DNA of 64,000 nucleotides from Candidatus Omnitrophota bacterium (GTDB taxonomy: Bacteria > Omnitrophota > Gorgyraeia > Zapsychrales > JANLHA01). Below the pieces are notes generated by a model, which had not been told where the DNA came from, ran no database searches, and was given only the letters and a program-made list of their open reading frames with translations. The stretch is taken from assembly GCA_963662715.1 (NCBI GenBank), contig OY759724.1, positions 2,843,339 through 2,907,338 on the forward strand. Reading direction: 5' to 3'. Below, piece by piece: positions 1-10,055 of the stretch; position 1 is the stretch's first letter, and each line of letters begins with the position of its first letter. The position numbers were made by a program, and so were the translations under genes.

Positions 1-364
1 GTTAAAAATCTCGCGCAGTTCCTGCGGGAATTTTATCTTTCCATTAGTTGCTTTGCTGACAGTGACGTGAATGATTTTTCCCCTGGCGACCATCATCCCT
101 TCGGCGGACAAGACGTGAAATAATAACGTCAGGGAGGATTCCCCGATCCTGCCCAAAGACATTTCAATCAGCAGTTTATCTCCGGTTTTGACCGGGATAA
201 GGAAGTCCCCTTCGGCATGAACGACAGGCAGAGCATATGCTTTGCTGTGGAGCATTTCTTCTATGCGGAACCCTTCTGATTTCAGAAAGGCCTCCAACGT
301 GTCATGAAACAGGATGTAGAGGTTTGCGTAAAAGAAGGACTGTGCGGCGTCCATGTGGTACATT
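1..364 (-). CDS. Acyl-CoA thioesterase, hotdog/4HBT (YbgC-like) family; 3' end truncated by window edge
   Basis: Manual reverse-complement translation starts MYHMDAAQSFFYANLYILFHDTLEAFLKSEGF...LPVVHAEGDFLIPVKTGDKL..., typical of 4-hydroxybenzoyl-CoA thioesterase-like hotdog proteins. No stop codon before position 1, which is why it is absent from the ORF track. Confidence 0.5.
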
Positions 365-713
365 CTGACGTTTGTGTGGTGTTGAAACACGTTCCGCTCC
401 TTTCAGTGATCTTATATTCTAGCATTGATTTGAGATTGAAAGAACATAATTTTCCTCTCAATCCTGTCAGCCATTGGTGTTTGTTTCATTATCATGCCAG
501 AAGCAAGGGCCGGTTGTCCCGGTCCCCGCGTATTTGAAATGGGGAGTTTTTCCTGCCCCTATCTGCCTGAGACGGCCTGGTTCTCCCACAAGATCGTGTG
601 TTCCCCAGGACGGAGTGGAGCAGAGGGCTGTTTTTATCTGTGATTTCAAGAATATAAATAATCATTCTGTGGCAAAGGCGGGTATGTTATAATTATAAAA
701 AAGAGGAGGCGAT

Positions 714-1127
714 ATGCCCTGCCAGGACAGTTCTGCCAATATGATCATTAAATTGAATAATGATGATCATTTGGATTATTTTTATTTTACAAAATTAGCT
801 TGCGGAAGCCCTATTGATGCTCAGACAGGTTTTCAGGATTATTGTAAGGGGAAAAAGGCTTTGGAAATCCTTGATTTTGATTTTTCCGGTATTGTAAATG
901 AGCTGGGGCTTGAAAATGAGGAGCAGCAATTTATTTTGTACTTGGAATGGGATGCCTTGCGTGCTTCTTTAGCCGCTTTTTTCGGAATAGAAAAAGACAC
1001 GATTGATGCCGAACGTTGCCGGATTACTTCCATTAAGCATGATGAGGACGGCATCCTTATTTCAGAAATTGTTTTACCCCCGCGGGACCTTCCGGATTTG
1101 ATCCCCTGTCATTTACGTTCTGATTGA
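714..1127 (+). CDS. Hypothetical protein (137 aa)
   Basis: ORF preceded by a strong Shine-Dalgarno (AAGAGGAGG, 8 nt upstream of the ATG). No recognisable family. Confidence 0.4.
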   Translation: MPCQDSSANMIIKLNNDDHLDYFYFTKLACGSPIDAQTGFQDYCKGKKALEILDFDFSGIVNELGLENEEQQFILYLEWDALRASLAAFFGIEKDTIDAERCRITSIKHDEDGILISEIVLPPRDLPDLIPCHLRSD

Positions 1128-1149
1128 AAATCTAGGGAAGAAGAGAGGC

Positions 1150-1662
1150 TTAGGTTTCTGAATGACCTGAAGCCATAACGACTTTTCCGGTCCGCACCAT
1201 TTCCAAAATACCGTATTTTTTCATTAAGGCTTCAAATTCATCCAGTTCAGTCGTCGATCCCGTTTGTTCAATGATCACGGTCTTGTCAGAATCATCCAGG
1301 ATTTTTGTCCGGTATTTCTTCATTAATTTGAAAATGATGGGACGGTTGGTCGGGGTGCACTTGATCTTGATTAAAGCCAATTCCGTATGGACAGAATCCA
1401 GCCCGGTATGTTCGCTGGCGTGAATGACATCAATCAATTTATTCACTTGTTTAATGATCTGCTCTAATGTTTCCGGGTCGCCCTGGGCCGTGATCGTCAT
1501 GCGGGAATAGCGGGGGTTATAGGCCGGTGACACAACCAAAGAGTCGATATTATAACCCCGCCTGGCAAAGACATGAGCGATGCGAACCAGAACCCCGGGT
1601 TTATTGGCTACGGTCATACTAATAGTATGGACATTTTTTCGTTCGGCGTTTTCAGATTGCAT
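1150..1662 (-). CDS. ilvN: Acetolactate synthase small (regulatory) subunit, ACT domain
   Basis: 170 aa. ISMTVANKPGVLVRIAHVFARRGYNIDSLVV... is the classic IlvH/IlvN ACT-domain signature. Lies immediately downstream of the large subunit on the same strand. Confidence 0.85.
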   Translation of the reverse strand: MQSENAERKNVHTISMTVANKPGVLVRIAHVFARRGYNIDSLVVSPAYNPRYSRMTITAQGDPETLEQIIKQVNKLIDVIHASEHTGLDSVHTELALIKIKCTPTNRPIIFKLMKKYRTKILDDSDKTVIIEQTGSTTELDEFEALMKKYGILEMVRTGKVVMASGHSET

Positions 1663-1673
1663 GATTAACCTCT

Positions 1674-3401
1674 TTATGTGCTGCCTGTTGGTTTTTCTAA
1701 CTTTGTTTTTGGAGGTTCAATGATCATATGATAAGCAGATTTCCCTGCCGGCACCATAGGAAAGACATTGTCCTCCTTGATGACCTCGCAGTGAATCAGT
1801 GCCGGACCTTTATGCTTGAGGGCGGCCTGTAAGACTTTTTCCACTTCATTGACCTGGCCGATATGGAAGCCCTTCACCTGATAGGATTCCGCAAGTTTAA
1901 CGAAATCAGGGTTCCCTTCCAGATCAACGCCGGAGAGCCTGTTGTCGAAAAACAGTTCCTGCCACTGGCGCACCATTCCCAAATATTTATTATCAATAAC
2001 GATAATTTTAACCGGCAGTTTATGAATGAAAGCGGTTGCTAATTCGTATAATGTCATCTGAAAACCACCGTCACCCACAATCGCGGCAACAATTTCTTTC
2101 GGACGGCCGAACTGCGCTCCTAAGGCAGCCGGGAATCCATATCCCATGGTGCCCGCGCCACCGGAAGAAAGCCATTGATCGCTCCGGTCGCAAAGATAAA
2201 ATTGCGCGGCCCACATTTGATGCTGTCCCACGTCCGTGATAACGATGGCTTTGCCTTTTGTCAGGCGGTAAAGCGTGTCTATAATAAACTGCGGGGTGAG
2301 GCCTTTGCTGTTGTCGTAATGAAGCGGGAATTCGGTTTTATAATACGCGACCTCTTTAACCCAGTCTTCCGTATTCAGCGGCGCAACATGTTTGATCAGC
2401 TCGTCAAGAATCAGTTTGGCGTCCCCGATTAAATAATTATCCGGCTTGATAATTTTCCCTATTTCCGCCGGATCGATATCGATATGCAGTTTTTTGGCTC
2501 CTATACAGAATTCCTCGGTGTTGCCATTGATGCGGTCGTCAAAACGGGAGCCGATAGAGCAGATAAGGTCGCAATTGATTAAGGCTTTGTTGGCATACGG
2601 CGTTCCGTGCATGCCGACCATCCCGAGAGCATAGGGATGGGTTTCCGGAAAGACGCCTTTGCCTAGAAGCGTGTCGATGACCGGCGCCCGGAGTTTTTCC
2701 GCCAGGGCTTTGACCTGGTGATCCGCTTTGGCGATAACCGCGCCGTGCCCCACTAATAAAAGAGGGCGTTTGGACCCTTTGAACAGTTTGGCAAACGCCT
2801 TGATGTCCTTGAGGGGAGGTTTTGTCGGCACAGAATAGCCCGGCAGATCCATAGCCGGGGATAAGGTTTTGCCTGTGAAAGGCCCGGCGGAAACGTCTTT
2901 AGGCAGATCAATGAGAACAGGGCCGGGCCGGCCGGTATTAGAAATATAAAATGCTTCTTTGATGATCCGGGGGATGTCATTGGTGTCTTTGACAAGATAA
3001 CTGTGTTTAACCACCGGCATGGTGATTCCGGAAATGTCCGCTTCTTGAAAAGCGTCTTTCCCTAGCAGCGGCCGGATGGTTTGTCCGGTCAGGACAATGA
3101 CCGGGACAGAATCCATCATCGCTGTCATGATGCCGGTCACGGCATTCGTGGCTCCGGGGCCGCTGGTAACACAGGCAACACCGGGTTTGCCTGTCACCCG
3201 GGCATAGCCGTCGGCCATATGAACCGCGGCCTGTTCATGCCGTACAAGGATCAGTTTTATTTTTGAATTTACGAGCGCGTCAAAGATGGGGATGACCGCT
3301 CCGCCGGAAAGGCCGAAAATATATTCAACCCCTTGAGCTTCCAAACATTGGATCAGGACTTCAGCGCCGTTGTACTGCTTTTTTGTGGATTTTTTTGCCA
3401 T
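1674..3401 (-). CDS. ilvB: Acetolactate synthase large (catalytic) subunit, TPP-dependent
   Basis: 575 aa. N-terminus [32 protein letters not shown] and the TPP-binding motif GDGGFQM...NN are diagnostic of biosynthetic AHAS. Confidence 0.9.
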   Translation of the reverse strand: MAKKSTKKQYNGAEVLIQCLEAQGVEYIFGLSGGAVIPIFDALVNSKIKLILVRHEQAAVHMADGYARVTGKPGVACVTSGPGATNAVTGIMTAMMDSVPVIVLTGQTIRPLLGKDAFQEADISGITMPVVKHSYLVKDTNDIPRIIKEAFYISNTGRPGPVLIDLPKDVSAGPFTGKTLSPAMDLPGYSVPTKPPLKDIKAFAKLFKGSKRPLLLVGHGAVIAKADHQVKALAEKLRAPVIDTLLGKGVFPETHPYALGMVGMHGTPYANKALINCDLICSIGSRFDDRINGNTEEFCIGAKKLHIDIDPAEIGKIIKPDNYLIGDAKLILDELIKHVAPLNTEDWVKEVAYYKTEFPLHYDNSKGLTPQFIIDTLYRLTKGKAIVITDVGQHQMWAAQFYLCDRSDQWLSSGGAGTMGYGFPAALGAQFGRPKEIVAAIVGDGGFQMTLYELATAFIHKLPVKIIVIDNKYLGMVRQWQELFFDNRLSGVDLEGNPDFVKLAESYQVKGFHIGQVNEVEKVLQAALKHKGPALIHCEVIKEDNVFPMVPAGKSAYHMIIEPPKTKLEKPTGST

Positions 3402-3510
3402 AGAACCCTCAGTATAAATATTATATTATAAATAAAACGAGTTTCATCTTATCAAAACCACTCCGGGAATGCAAGTTTTTTTACCCCGGCGGAGAGTTGC
3501 CATGGACAGA

Positions 3511-3750
3511 TTAAACAGAACGATTTTCTCTCAGCCAGTCCACAATCAGATCTGATTCATACAGCGCTTCTCCGTTAATGAGCAGGCAAGGGACCTGGGT
3601 CTTCCCGCCTATTTCAAGAAGTTCTCTGCGGAATTCGCTGTTTTGATCAATATCCTTAAGCGGCAGTTCAATGCCTTGCGTGTCCATGAATTGGAGGACT
3701 TTTTGACAAAAAGGACAGGTCGGTTTGTAAAATAGCAGCAACTCGTTCAT
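3511..3750 (-). CDS. Glutaredoxin
   Basis: 79 aa. CPFC active-site motif in YKPTCPFCQKV with a thioredoxin-fold length. Last gene of the gshA-gshB-grx minus-strand run. Confidence 0.75.
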   Translation of the reverse strand: MNELLLFYKPTCPFCQKVLQFMDTQGIELPLKDIDQNSEFRRELLEIGGKTQVPCLLINGEALYESDLIVDWLRENRSV

Positions 3751-3753
3751 GAA

Positions 3754-4725
3754 TCACTCCTTTTGCCCGGGGGCATGAGACGGTTTGTTTTTTATAAGAC
3801 GTTCTATAAAATCAAGGATATCCTTTTCCAGCTTGACCTGGCCCAGGCGGTTCATTTCCTGCAGGCAGGTCGGAGAGGTGACATTGACTTCAATAAGGAA
3901 ATCTCCAATAATATCAATACCTACAAAATAAAGTCCCAAGCGGAATAAATGAGGTTTGAGGGTCCGGATAATGTGCCGGTCGCGGTCCGAGATATCGGCC
4001 GGGTGAGGCTGGCCGCCGGAGAAAAAATTGTTGCGGTGGTCCGTCGGAGGGTGGCGTCTCAAGACCGCTCCGAGCGGTTCGCCGTTCAGAAGAAGAATGC
4101 GTTTGTCCCCGTGCCCGGCCTCCGGAACATATGGCTGCAGGATAATGTCGCGGGTAAAGCCGTGTGTTAATGTCTCCAAAATGACATTTTTGTTTGAGTC
4201 GTCCGCCAGGATACGAAAGACCGCCTGCCCGCCGAAGCCGTCCGTGGGTTTTCCTATAACGCTGTTATGCTTTTGAATGAAATCAGACAAAATTCCCTTG
4301 TCCCGGGATAAAAGGGTCGGAGGGATTAAGTCCGGGAACTGCATCGGCCAGATTTTTTCATTGGCTGTCCTGATGCCTTCAGGGCGGTTTATGATGGTGA
4401 TGTTCTCCGGCAACTGCTGTAAAAGCCAGGTATGCATCAGGTAGTCATAATCAAAGGGCGGGTCTGTGCGGATCATGAGGCCGTCGAGATTTTCGTCGTT
4501 TAAAAGGGCGGGGCCTTTAATAAGGAAGGGGGTGTTTTTATCATCCTGAGGAATGACTTCCTGCCCCCGGAATTTAAAACAGCCGGGACTTTCATGAGAG
4601 ATCCCCCCTTTAGGCAAGAAAAAAACCCGGTGTCCCCGGCGGTAAGCTTCAAGCATTATGACAAAAGTCGTGTCTTTTTCAAAGATCACTGACTCGAGGG
4701 GATCCATCAGGAAGGCGAGGTTCAT
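3754..4725 (-). CDS. gshB: Glutathione synthetase (prokaryotic ATP-grasp type)
   Basis: 323 aa. N-terminus MNLAFLMDPLESVIFEKDTTFVIMLEAYRRGH matches the GshB N-domain, followed by an ATP-grasp C-terminal region (...LEVNVTSP...). Confidence 0.8.
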   Translation of the reverse strand: MNLAFLMDPLESVIFEKDTTFVIMLEAYRRGHRVFFLPKGGISHESPGCFKFRGQEVIPQDDKNTPFLIKGPALLNDENLDGLMIRTDPPFDYDYLMHTWLLQQLPENITIINRPEGIRTANEKIWPMQFPDLIPPTLLSRDKGILSDFIQKHNSVIGKPTDGFGGQAVFRILADDSNKNVILETLTHGFTRDIILQPYVPEAGHGDKRILLLNGEPLGAVLRRHPPTDHRNNFFSGGQPHPADISDRDRHIIRTLKPHLFRLGLYFVGIDIIGDFLIEVNVTSPTCLQEMNRLGQVKLEKDILDFIERLIKNKPSHAPGQKE

Positions 4726-6005
4726 TTTATTCCTGCCTCAAGGTAGATGATTTCCCTGTGGGCGGCCAGAGCCGCAATCCGGGCCAGCAGGCGGTACACA
4801 TCGAATATATTGATGTCATGCGGCACGCCGCAGTCATTGTATTGCGGAAGATGAGGGCACATTTTTTTAAAGCCCATGCCTTTGGAATTGAGGTTGTCCC
4901 GGTTGCTTTTCCCGGAGTGATAGCGGTAAAATCCGCCCAGCAGATTATTTTCAACCTGGTAAATGACGACCTCGCTGACCTGTTGATCAACATGGTGGAT
5001 CGTGGGGACCCCTTCCTGCAGAAGATAGGTGTCTATGGCCTGGGCCCCTTTCCCTTTATAAAGTTTATTGCGTTTTTTCCGGCTAAGCTGGAGGATTTGC
5101 GCCGGTTCCTCGAGAGCCATCACCCCCATACCATAGGTCCCGGAATCAGCTTTAAGGACAATATACGGTTTTTCTTTGACATGATGTTCCTGATATTTCA
5201 GGGTGATTTCATGGAACAAATCTCCGGCAGCGCGGTACAGCTTTAAACGGTCCTGTTCCTGGTTGATGTCAACATGCTTTACGGAAGTGTACAGGCAGGA
5301 AAAGAACCAGGGGTCCAGGTTTATCAGGCCTGCGAACTCATGAAGGAGTTCATTGCTTAATTGGAAATGATGTGATTTCTTCCTCGAATGCCATCCGGCC
5401 TGGGTGGAAGGGTAGATCGGGATCCGGGACTGTTTAAGAATGTCGGGTATCCCGTTGATGAGGTCGTTGTTCATGATAATCAGATCAAAGGCTATTTCCT
5501 GTTTTTCAAAATCCTGCAGTAATTTCCTGAAACAATGGATTTTTACCGACTCTCCGGTTGCTGTCTCCAAAACAACATAACTTGTTTTTTCACAGAAACG
5601 CGGTTCAACGGTCAAAAATGTGGCGATCTTGCTGGAGAACCCTGCATCTCTGATGATTTTTTGCAGGACAAGAATATTTTGTAAATACCAGGTGTTCCGC
5701 GTATGTTCTTCCGCGATGATCAGAACGTTCTGGCAGTGAGGAACGCGCCGTAAGATCGCTTCCCGCATGAAATGGACGGAGTCGCTTAAACCATGTTCAC
5801 AGAGATTGTTGAATCCGGCCGGGAAAAGGTTGGTATCCACCACCGCCGTTTTAAATCCGGAATCCCGGATATCAACGGAAGAATATAAAGGCAGTTCCAG
5901 GACGGATTCGTATTTCTGGAGCCAGGCAAGGATTTGGTCCTGTTTGCTTTTGATCCGTTCGATAAATAACGGGTAGATTTGGCTGTCGGCCAGCGTTGAA
6001 TTCAT
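4722..6005 (-). CDS. gshA: Glutamate--cysteine ligase, GshA family of the PF08886 type (not E. coli-like GshA)
   Basis: 427 aa. The ...SVDIRDSGFKTAVVDTNLFPAGFNNL... region resembles the alternative prokaryotic gamma-glutamylcysteine synthetase family. Its stop overlaps the gshB start (ATGA), consistent with an operon. Confidence 0.55.
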   Translation of the reverse strand: MNSTLADSQIYPLFIERIKSKQDQILAWLQKYESVLELPLYSSVDIRDSGFKTAVVDTNLFPAGFNNLCEHGLSDSVHFMREAILRRVPHCQNVLIIAEEHTRNTWYLQNILVLQKIIRDAGFSSKIATFLTVEPRFCEKTSYVVLETATGESVKIHCFRKLLQDFEKQEIAFDLIIMNNDLINGIPDILKQSRIPIYPSTQAGWHSRKKSHHFQLSNELLHEFAGLINLDPWFFSCLYTSVKHVDINQEQDRLKLYRAAGDLFHEITLKYQEHHVKEKPYIVLKADSGTYGMGVMALEEPAQILQLSRKKRNKLYKGKGAQAIDTYLLQEGVPTIHHVDQQVSEVVIYQVENNLLGGFYRYHSGKSNRDNLNSKGMGFKKMCPHLPQYNDCGVPHDINIFDVYRLLARIAALAAHREIIYLEAGIK

Positions 6006-6097
6006 CGTTCGCCTTTTTGATATTTTAGTTTATTATGATATAAAACACTGTTTATGTCGATGTTTTTCCCGAAGTCTTACATGCTTTTCCCGGACGC

Positions 6098-7093
6098 TTA
6101 ATAACACTTTTGGAGTTCCGTTAATTTTTGTCGCAGTTTATCCAAATCGTTTACTTTCATCAGTTCCGAGCGGATATATCCTGCCTCGGGGAATCCCCTT
6201 AGGTAACCGATAAAATGCTTGCGAAGATGAACGGTCCCCCATCGGGGGCCTTTGTAATGAGCCGCCAATTCCAAATGTTTCAAACAAAGATCAAAACGGT
6301 CCCGGATAGACGGCCGGGGCGGCTCCTGTCCGGTTGTCAGGAAATGTTTTGTCATCTGGAAAATCCAGGGATTGACGACGGCTTCCCGGCCGATCATAAC
6401 CCCGTCACAGCCCATATTGAACAACGTTGCTGCATCAAAACAGGACCGGACATCTCCGTTGCCTATAACGGGAATGGAAACGGCTTTTTTGATTTTTTCC
6501 AGCCAAGACCAGTCCGCCCGGCCTTTATAGGCCTGACTGCGTGTCCGGCAATGAACCGAAAGGAACTGGACCCCGGCTTGTTCTGCCATCCGGGCGACGT
6601 CCAGGACGACGATGCTGTTCTGATCCCATCCCAGCCGGGTTTTAACCGTGACAGGAATTTGAGAGCTTTTTACAACGGCCTTTAGGATCCGTTCCAGCAG
6701 AGGCAGATCCCTGAGCAGCCCGGCGCCTTCTCCCCGCTGGGCATGATTTTTAGCCCAGCATCCGCAGTTAATATCAATAAAGTCCGGGTGCTGCCGGGCG
6801 GCCATTTCAGCCGCCTGCTGCACAGAGTCTTCGCGGCTTCCAAAGAGCTGAATCCCGATGGGCCGCTCATCCCCGAGAATCTTAATGCGTTGTTCGGCTT
6901 TGGGTATACGGCGGATCAAGGCTTCACAGCTGGTGAACTCGGTCATAAGCACATCCGCCCCCAATTGTTTGCATATGGCGCGAAACGGGATATCCGTAAT
7001 ATCATCCATAGGGGCTAAAAAGAGCGGGTTTTTAATTTCCGTTGATCCTATTCTCATGATGGTAGTCCGGGCTTTAATTTGGAATTCGACCAA
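6098..7093 (-). CDS. dus: tRNA-dihydrouridine synthase (Dus family, TIM-barrel flavoenzyme)
   Basis: 331 aa. LAPMDDITDIPFRAICKQLGADVLMTEF... and the C-terminal helical domain are typical of DusB/DusA. Confidence 0.85.
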   Translation of the reverse strand: MVEFQIKARTTIMRIGSTEIKNPLFLAPMDDITDIPFRAICKQLGADVLMTEFTSCEALIRRIPKAEQRIKILGDERPIGIQLFGSREDSVQQAAEMAARQHPDFIDINCGCWAKNHAQRGEGAGLLRDLPLLERILKAVVKSSQIPVTVKTRLGWDQNSIVVLDVARMAEQAGVQFLSVHCRTRSQAYKGRADWSWLEKIKKAVSIPVIGNGDVRSCFDAATLFNMGCDGVMIGREAVVNPWIFQMTKHFLTTGQEPPRPSIRDRFDLCLKHLELAAHYKGPRWGTVHLRKHFIGYLRGFPEAGYIRSELMKVNDLDKLRQKLTELQKCY

Positions 7094-7211
7094 TTATACT
7101 TGATTTACCATTGTTTGCAAACATTTCATAAATAGTGTATATGTATATTTAATCCGAGTTATGATAATATGAATTCATGAATACGGAAAATTTTGTCCCA
7201 GGAAGGATGCC

Positions 7212-8513
7212 ATGATTTTAAAACAACCGACCGTTTCCTTTTATACCCTAGGCTGCCGGGTGAATCAATCCGAGACGGCCGTTCTGCAAAATATGCTGGA
7301 AGACGACGGCTTCCGGGTCGTTGATTTTGAATCTCCGGCTCAGATTGTTGTGATCAATACCTGCACTGTTACGGCCCGGGGGGATGCTGATACAAAACGC
7401 ATGGTGAACCGGATCAGCCGAAAACACCATCAGACAAAAATTGCTTTGATCGGATGTCAGTCTCAGGTTCAGGGCGCCCGGCTGGCCTCTTTGAAAAATG
7501 TGTGCTGGATCGTTGGCACAGAAGCTAAAATGGATTTGGGAGCCATTTTGAAAAACCGGCCGCAGCCGGATTCGGGGCCGCAGGTCTTTGTTTCTCCTAT
7601 ACGCCGCAAAAAATTCACCATGCCTTCGGGAGGGGCAGACCGTCAGCATACAAGGGCCAATTTGAAAATTCAGGACGGGTGTGATTTTTTCTGTTCGTAT
7701 TGTGAAATCCCTTATGCCCGGGGCCGGCCCCGCAGCCGGGTGTATCAGGACTTGCTCAAGGCCGCCCAGAATTTGGCCGAGGCCGGGCATAAAGAGATTG
7801 TTTTAACCGGAATCAATTTGGGGTTGTACCGTGACGGGAATTATACTTTAAAGGATGTGATCGGAGATATGCAGTCCATCCCGGGACTCGCGCGGATACG
7901 GATTTCTTCCGTTGAATTCAATACGTTCCCCGACCTCTTGCTGAAACACATGTTCCCCAAAGGGAAATTATGCCGTTATCTGCATGTGCCTTTGCAAAGC
8001 GGAGAGGATGATGTTCTGCAAAGAATGAACCGGCGCTATACGACCGGAGAGTTCTCTGCCTGGCTTAAGCATGCCCGTAAACAGGTGCCGTATCTGTGTG
8101 TGGGGACAGACGTTATTGTGGGGTTCCCGGGGGAGGATGGCGATGCCTTTGATCGAACTTATGAATTTCTGAAATCCCAGCCTTTTCAATATTTTCATGT
8201 TTTCAGTTATTCGAAAAGACAGCGGGCTAAAAGCCGGAATTTCTCCGGAGAGATTCCGGCGCATACGATTCGTAAAAGGAGTGAAATCCTCCGGGCCTTA
8301 TCTCTGCAGAAAAGAAGAGCTTTCTTTGAATCGTTGGAGGGCAAGGTTGAACCGGTCCTTTTTGAAGAGGAGAAAAACGGATGCTGGTCCGGGTTGAGTG
8401 ATAATTTTGTCCGGGTAAGAGTTAAAAGCCCTTTGAACCTGAAAAATCAAATCATTCCTGTCAGGTTGGAAAAACCTGTTCAACAATATATGGTAGGGAC
8501 CATGGTCCGTTGA
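7212..8513 (+). CDS. mtaB: tRNA (t6A37) methylthiotransferase, MtaB type, with TRAM domain
   Basis: 433 aa. MTTase N-domain (FYTLGCRVNQSETAV, NTCTVT), radical SAM motif CDFFCSYC, and a C-terminal TRAM-like beta region. Confidence 0.75.
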   Translation: MILKQPTVSFYTLGCRVNQSETAVLQNMLEDDGFRVVDFESPAQIVVINTCTVTARGDADTKRMVNRISRKHHQTKIALIGCQSQVQGARLASLKNVCWIVGTEAKMDLGAILKNRPQPDSGPQVFVSPIRRKKFTMPSGGADRQHTRANLKIQDGCDFFCSYCEIPYARGRPRSRVYQDLLKAAQNLAEAGHKEIVLTGINLGLYRDGNYTLKDVIGDMQSIPGLARIRISSVEFNTFPDLLLKHMFPKGKLCRYLHVPLQSGEDDVLQRMNRRYTTGEFSAWLKHARKQVPYLCVGTDVIVGFPGEDGDAFDRTYEFLKSQPFQYFHVFSYSKRQRAKSRNFSGEIPAHTIRKRSEILRALSLQKRRAFFESLEGKVEPVLFEEEKNGCWSGLSDNFVRVRVKSPLNLKNQIIPVRLEKPVQQYMVGTMVR

Positions 8514-8537
8514 CGAAATTTTACGAGGGCAAGGAAA

Positions 8538-9419
8538 ATGTCAGTCTTTAATTTTTTTAAGCAAATTTTTCAAACCTCAAAGAAGACCGCCACAGGAAAA
8601 GAAGATGATCCTTTAACGGAGAACCCTGTGGCGCCTGCGGATTTGACGGGTGAGCCTAAGCCGGAAACAGCAATTTTGGAGAGTCCGGCGCAAACGGATT
8701 CCCGCGAAGAGCCTGAGGCCGTGGCTGAAACAGCCCCTTCAGCGCCAACAGGGGAATCAGCCCGGGAAGCAGCGGAAGCCTCGGCTGCCGTTGCGGATGG
8801 AGTTGAAGAAACATCAGAGGATCAAACCCCGCCGAATGAATCAAAAGAACCGGCGCCGGCGGCCCAGGAGAACGGGGAGGCCGCTCTTGAAAGCGAGCCC
8901 CAGGGGCAGGCTCCGGATACGAATCAGCCGACAGAGGCAAAAACAGATCAGGCTCCGAAAGCAGACCTTCAGCCTCCCAAACAGCTGTTGAAAAAAGTGT
9001 TCTTCCTGGGAAGCGGACACGAAAAATTGAACCACAGAATTAAAGATGAACTGAAAAAACTCGGCTTTTCTTATGTCGATTTGTCGGACAGTTACACGGA
9101 AATATCTTTGGATGAAATTACCAACTCGCATCGGGGTGTGTTTTTCAGTATTGTCACTTTATCCGGGGATGAATTCATTTACGACAAAAACGGCAAACCG
9201 GCCCAGGCTCAATTGGGGGCAAAACAGGATGTTGTTTTCAAGCTGGGCTACTTAATCGGCAAATATGGCAAAATGAACTGTTATGTCCTTTTCAAGGAAC
9301 AAAAGAGTTTTGCTCTGCCCACAAGTCTGCTGCACGGTACTTTTACGGTGCTGGATGATGATGCCCGCTGGCGGGACATTTTAAGACATCGGCTTACGGG
9401 CAGCGGTTATTCGTTATGA
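8538..9419 (+). CDS. Two-part protein: ~150 aa acidic/Pro/Ala/Glu-rich disordered N-terminal region, then a TIR-like nucleotide-binding domain (COG4271 / Cap12-PycTIR-like)
   Basis: The C-terminal ~140 aa, KKVFFLGSGHEKLNH...VFFSIVTLSGDEF...QDVVFKLGYLIGKYGKMNCYVLFKEQ, follows the KVFIVHGHD...VIFELGYFIGKLG pattern of COG4271 TIR-like domains. The N-terminal part is low-complexity. Confidence 0.5.
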   Translation: MSVFNFFKQIFQTSKKTATGKEDDPLTENPVAPADLTGEPKPETAILESPAQTDSREEPEAVAETAPSAPTGESAREAAEASAAVADGVEETSEDQTPPNESKEPAPAAQENGEAALESEPQGQAPDTNQPTEAKTDQAPKADLQPPKQLLKKVFFLGSGHEKLNHRIKDELKKLGFSYVDLSDSYTEISLDEITNSHRGVFFSIVTLSGDEFIYDKNGKPAQAQLGAKQDVVFKLGYLIGKYGKMNCYVLFKEQKSFALPTSLLHGTFTVLDDDARWRDILRHRLTGSGYSL

Positions 9420-9979
9420 TGAACAGATCTCCTTTTTATAACAATCTGGCTGTGTTTTCCTTCCTTGTTCTTACGGCGGTTTCCTTTTTGTGCTGTTGCC
9501 CCTTCCAGCTTTTTGCCGAGGATCCTTCTCCGACCAGCGTTGATCTTATCGAATGCGGGGACCGGAAACTGGCATTTAAGATGTTCTGCAATCCCCGCTG
9601 GCAGACCAGCCGAAAAACATTAAGTTTAAAACTTGTGATTGACGGGACCCCCCAGAGAGAAGTGTCTGTCACGGTTTCCAAATCCGAGGAGGTGGGGCTT
9701 TCTTATGAAGACCTGAAGCCGGTGGCCTTAAAACGGGTTTTTGAATATGCCGATGAGTTTAAATATGCCAAGACGTATGTGAATTGGAACAGGGTTATCC
9801 GGGTGGAAGCTCAGCCTCAGGGCCAGCCGGAAACATACCTGTTGGATTATTTTTTGATACGGGACAGTCAATTATACCGGATCAGTTATTCCGCCCAAAG
9901 CCGGGAGCAGTTCAGGAAATATCTGCCGTTGTTCGCTGAAATGATGCGCAGCTTTGAATTCATTAATGTCGGACGGTGA
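9416..9979 (+). CDS. Hypothetical signal-peptide/membrane-anchored protein (187 aa)
   Basis: Start overlaps the stop of the upstream TIR-like gene (ATGA). N-terminal hydrophobic segment LAVFSFLVLTAVSFLCCC. No recognisable family. Confidence 0.4.
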   Translation: MMNRSPFYNNLAVFSFLVLTAVSFLCCCPFQLFAEDPSPTSVDLIECGDRKLAFKMFCNPRWQTSRKTLSLKLVIDGTPQREVSVTVSKSEEVGLSYEDLKPVALKRVFEYADEFKYAKTYVNWNRVIRVEAQPQGQPETYLLDYFLIRDSQLYRISYSAQSREQFRKYLPLFAEMMRSFEFINVGR

Positions 9980-10055
9980 TCTTTTATGTCGGAAAATAAG
10001 ATAATGTAATGGCCCATAGACAAGAAAGGGAGTTTGTGATATACATTAAGTAACT

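Noticed and set aside
304-692. Small plus-strand ORFs (77 aa and 72 aa) at the left edge
   Set aside because: They overlap the minus-strand hotdog thioesterase gene and its upstream region, and carry no motif or RBS support.
8650-9131. Arg/Lys/Pro-rich alternative-frame ORFs (113 aa on the plus strand, 94 aa and 96 aa on the minus strand) over the 5' half of gene 8538..9419
   Set aside because: They are frame-shifted readings of the GA/GC-rich repetitive DNA that encodes the acidic disordered N-terminus. Only the 8538 frame continues into a recognisable TIR-like domain.
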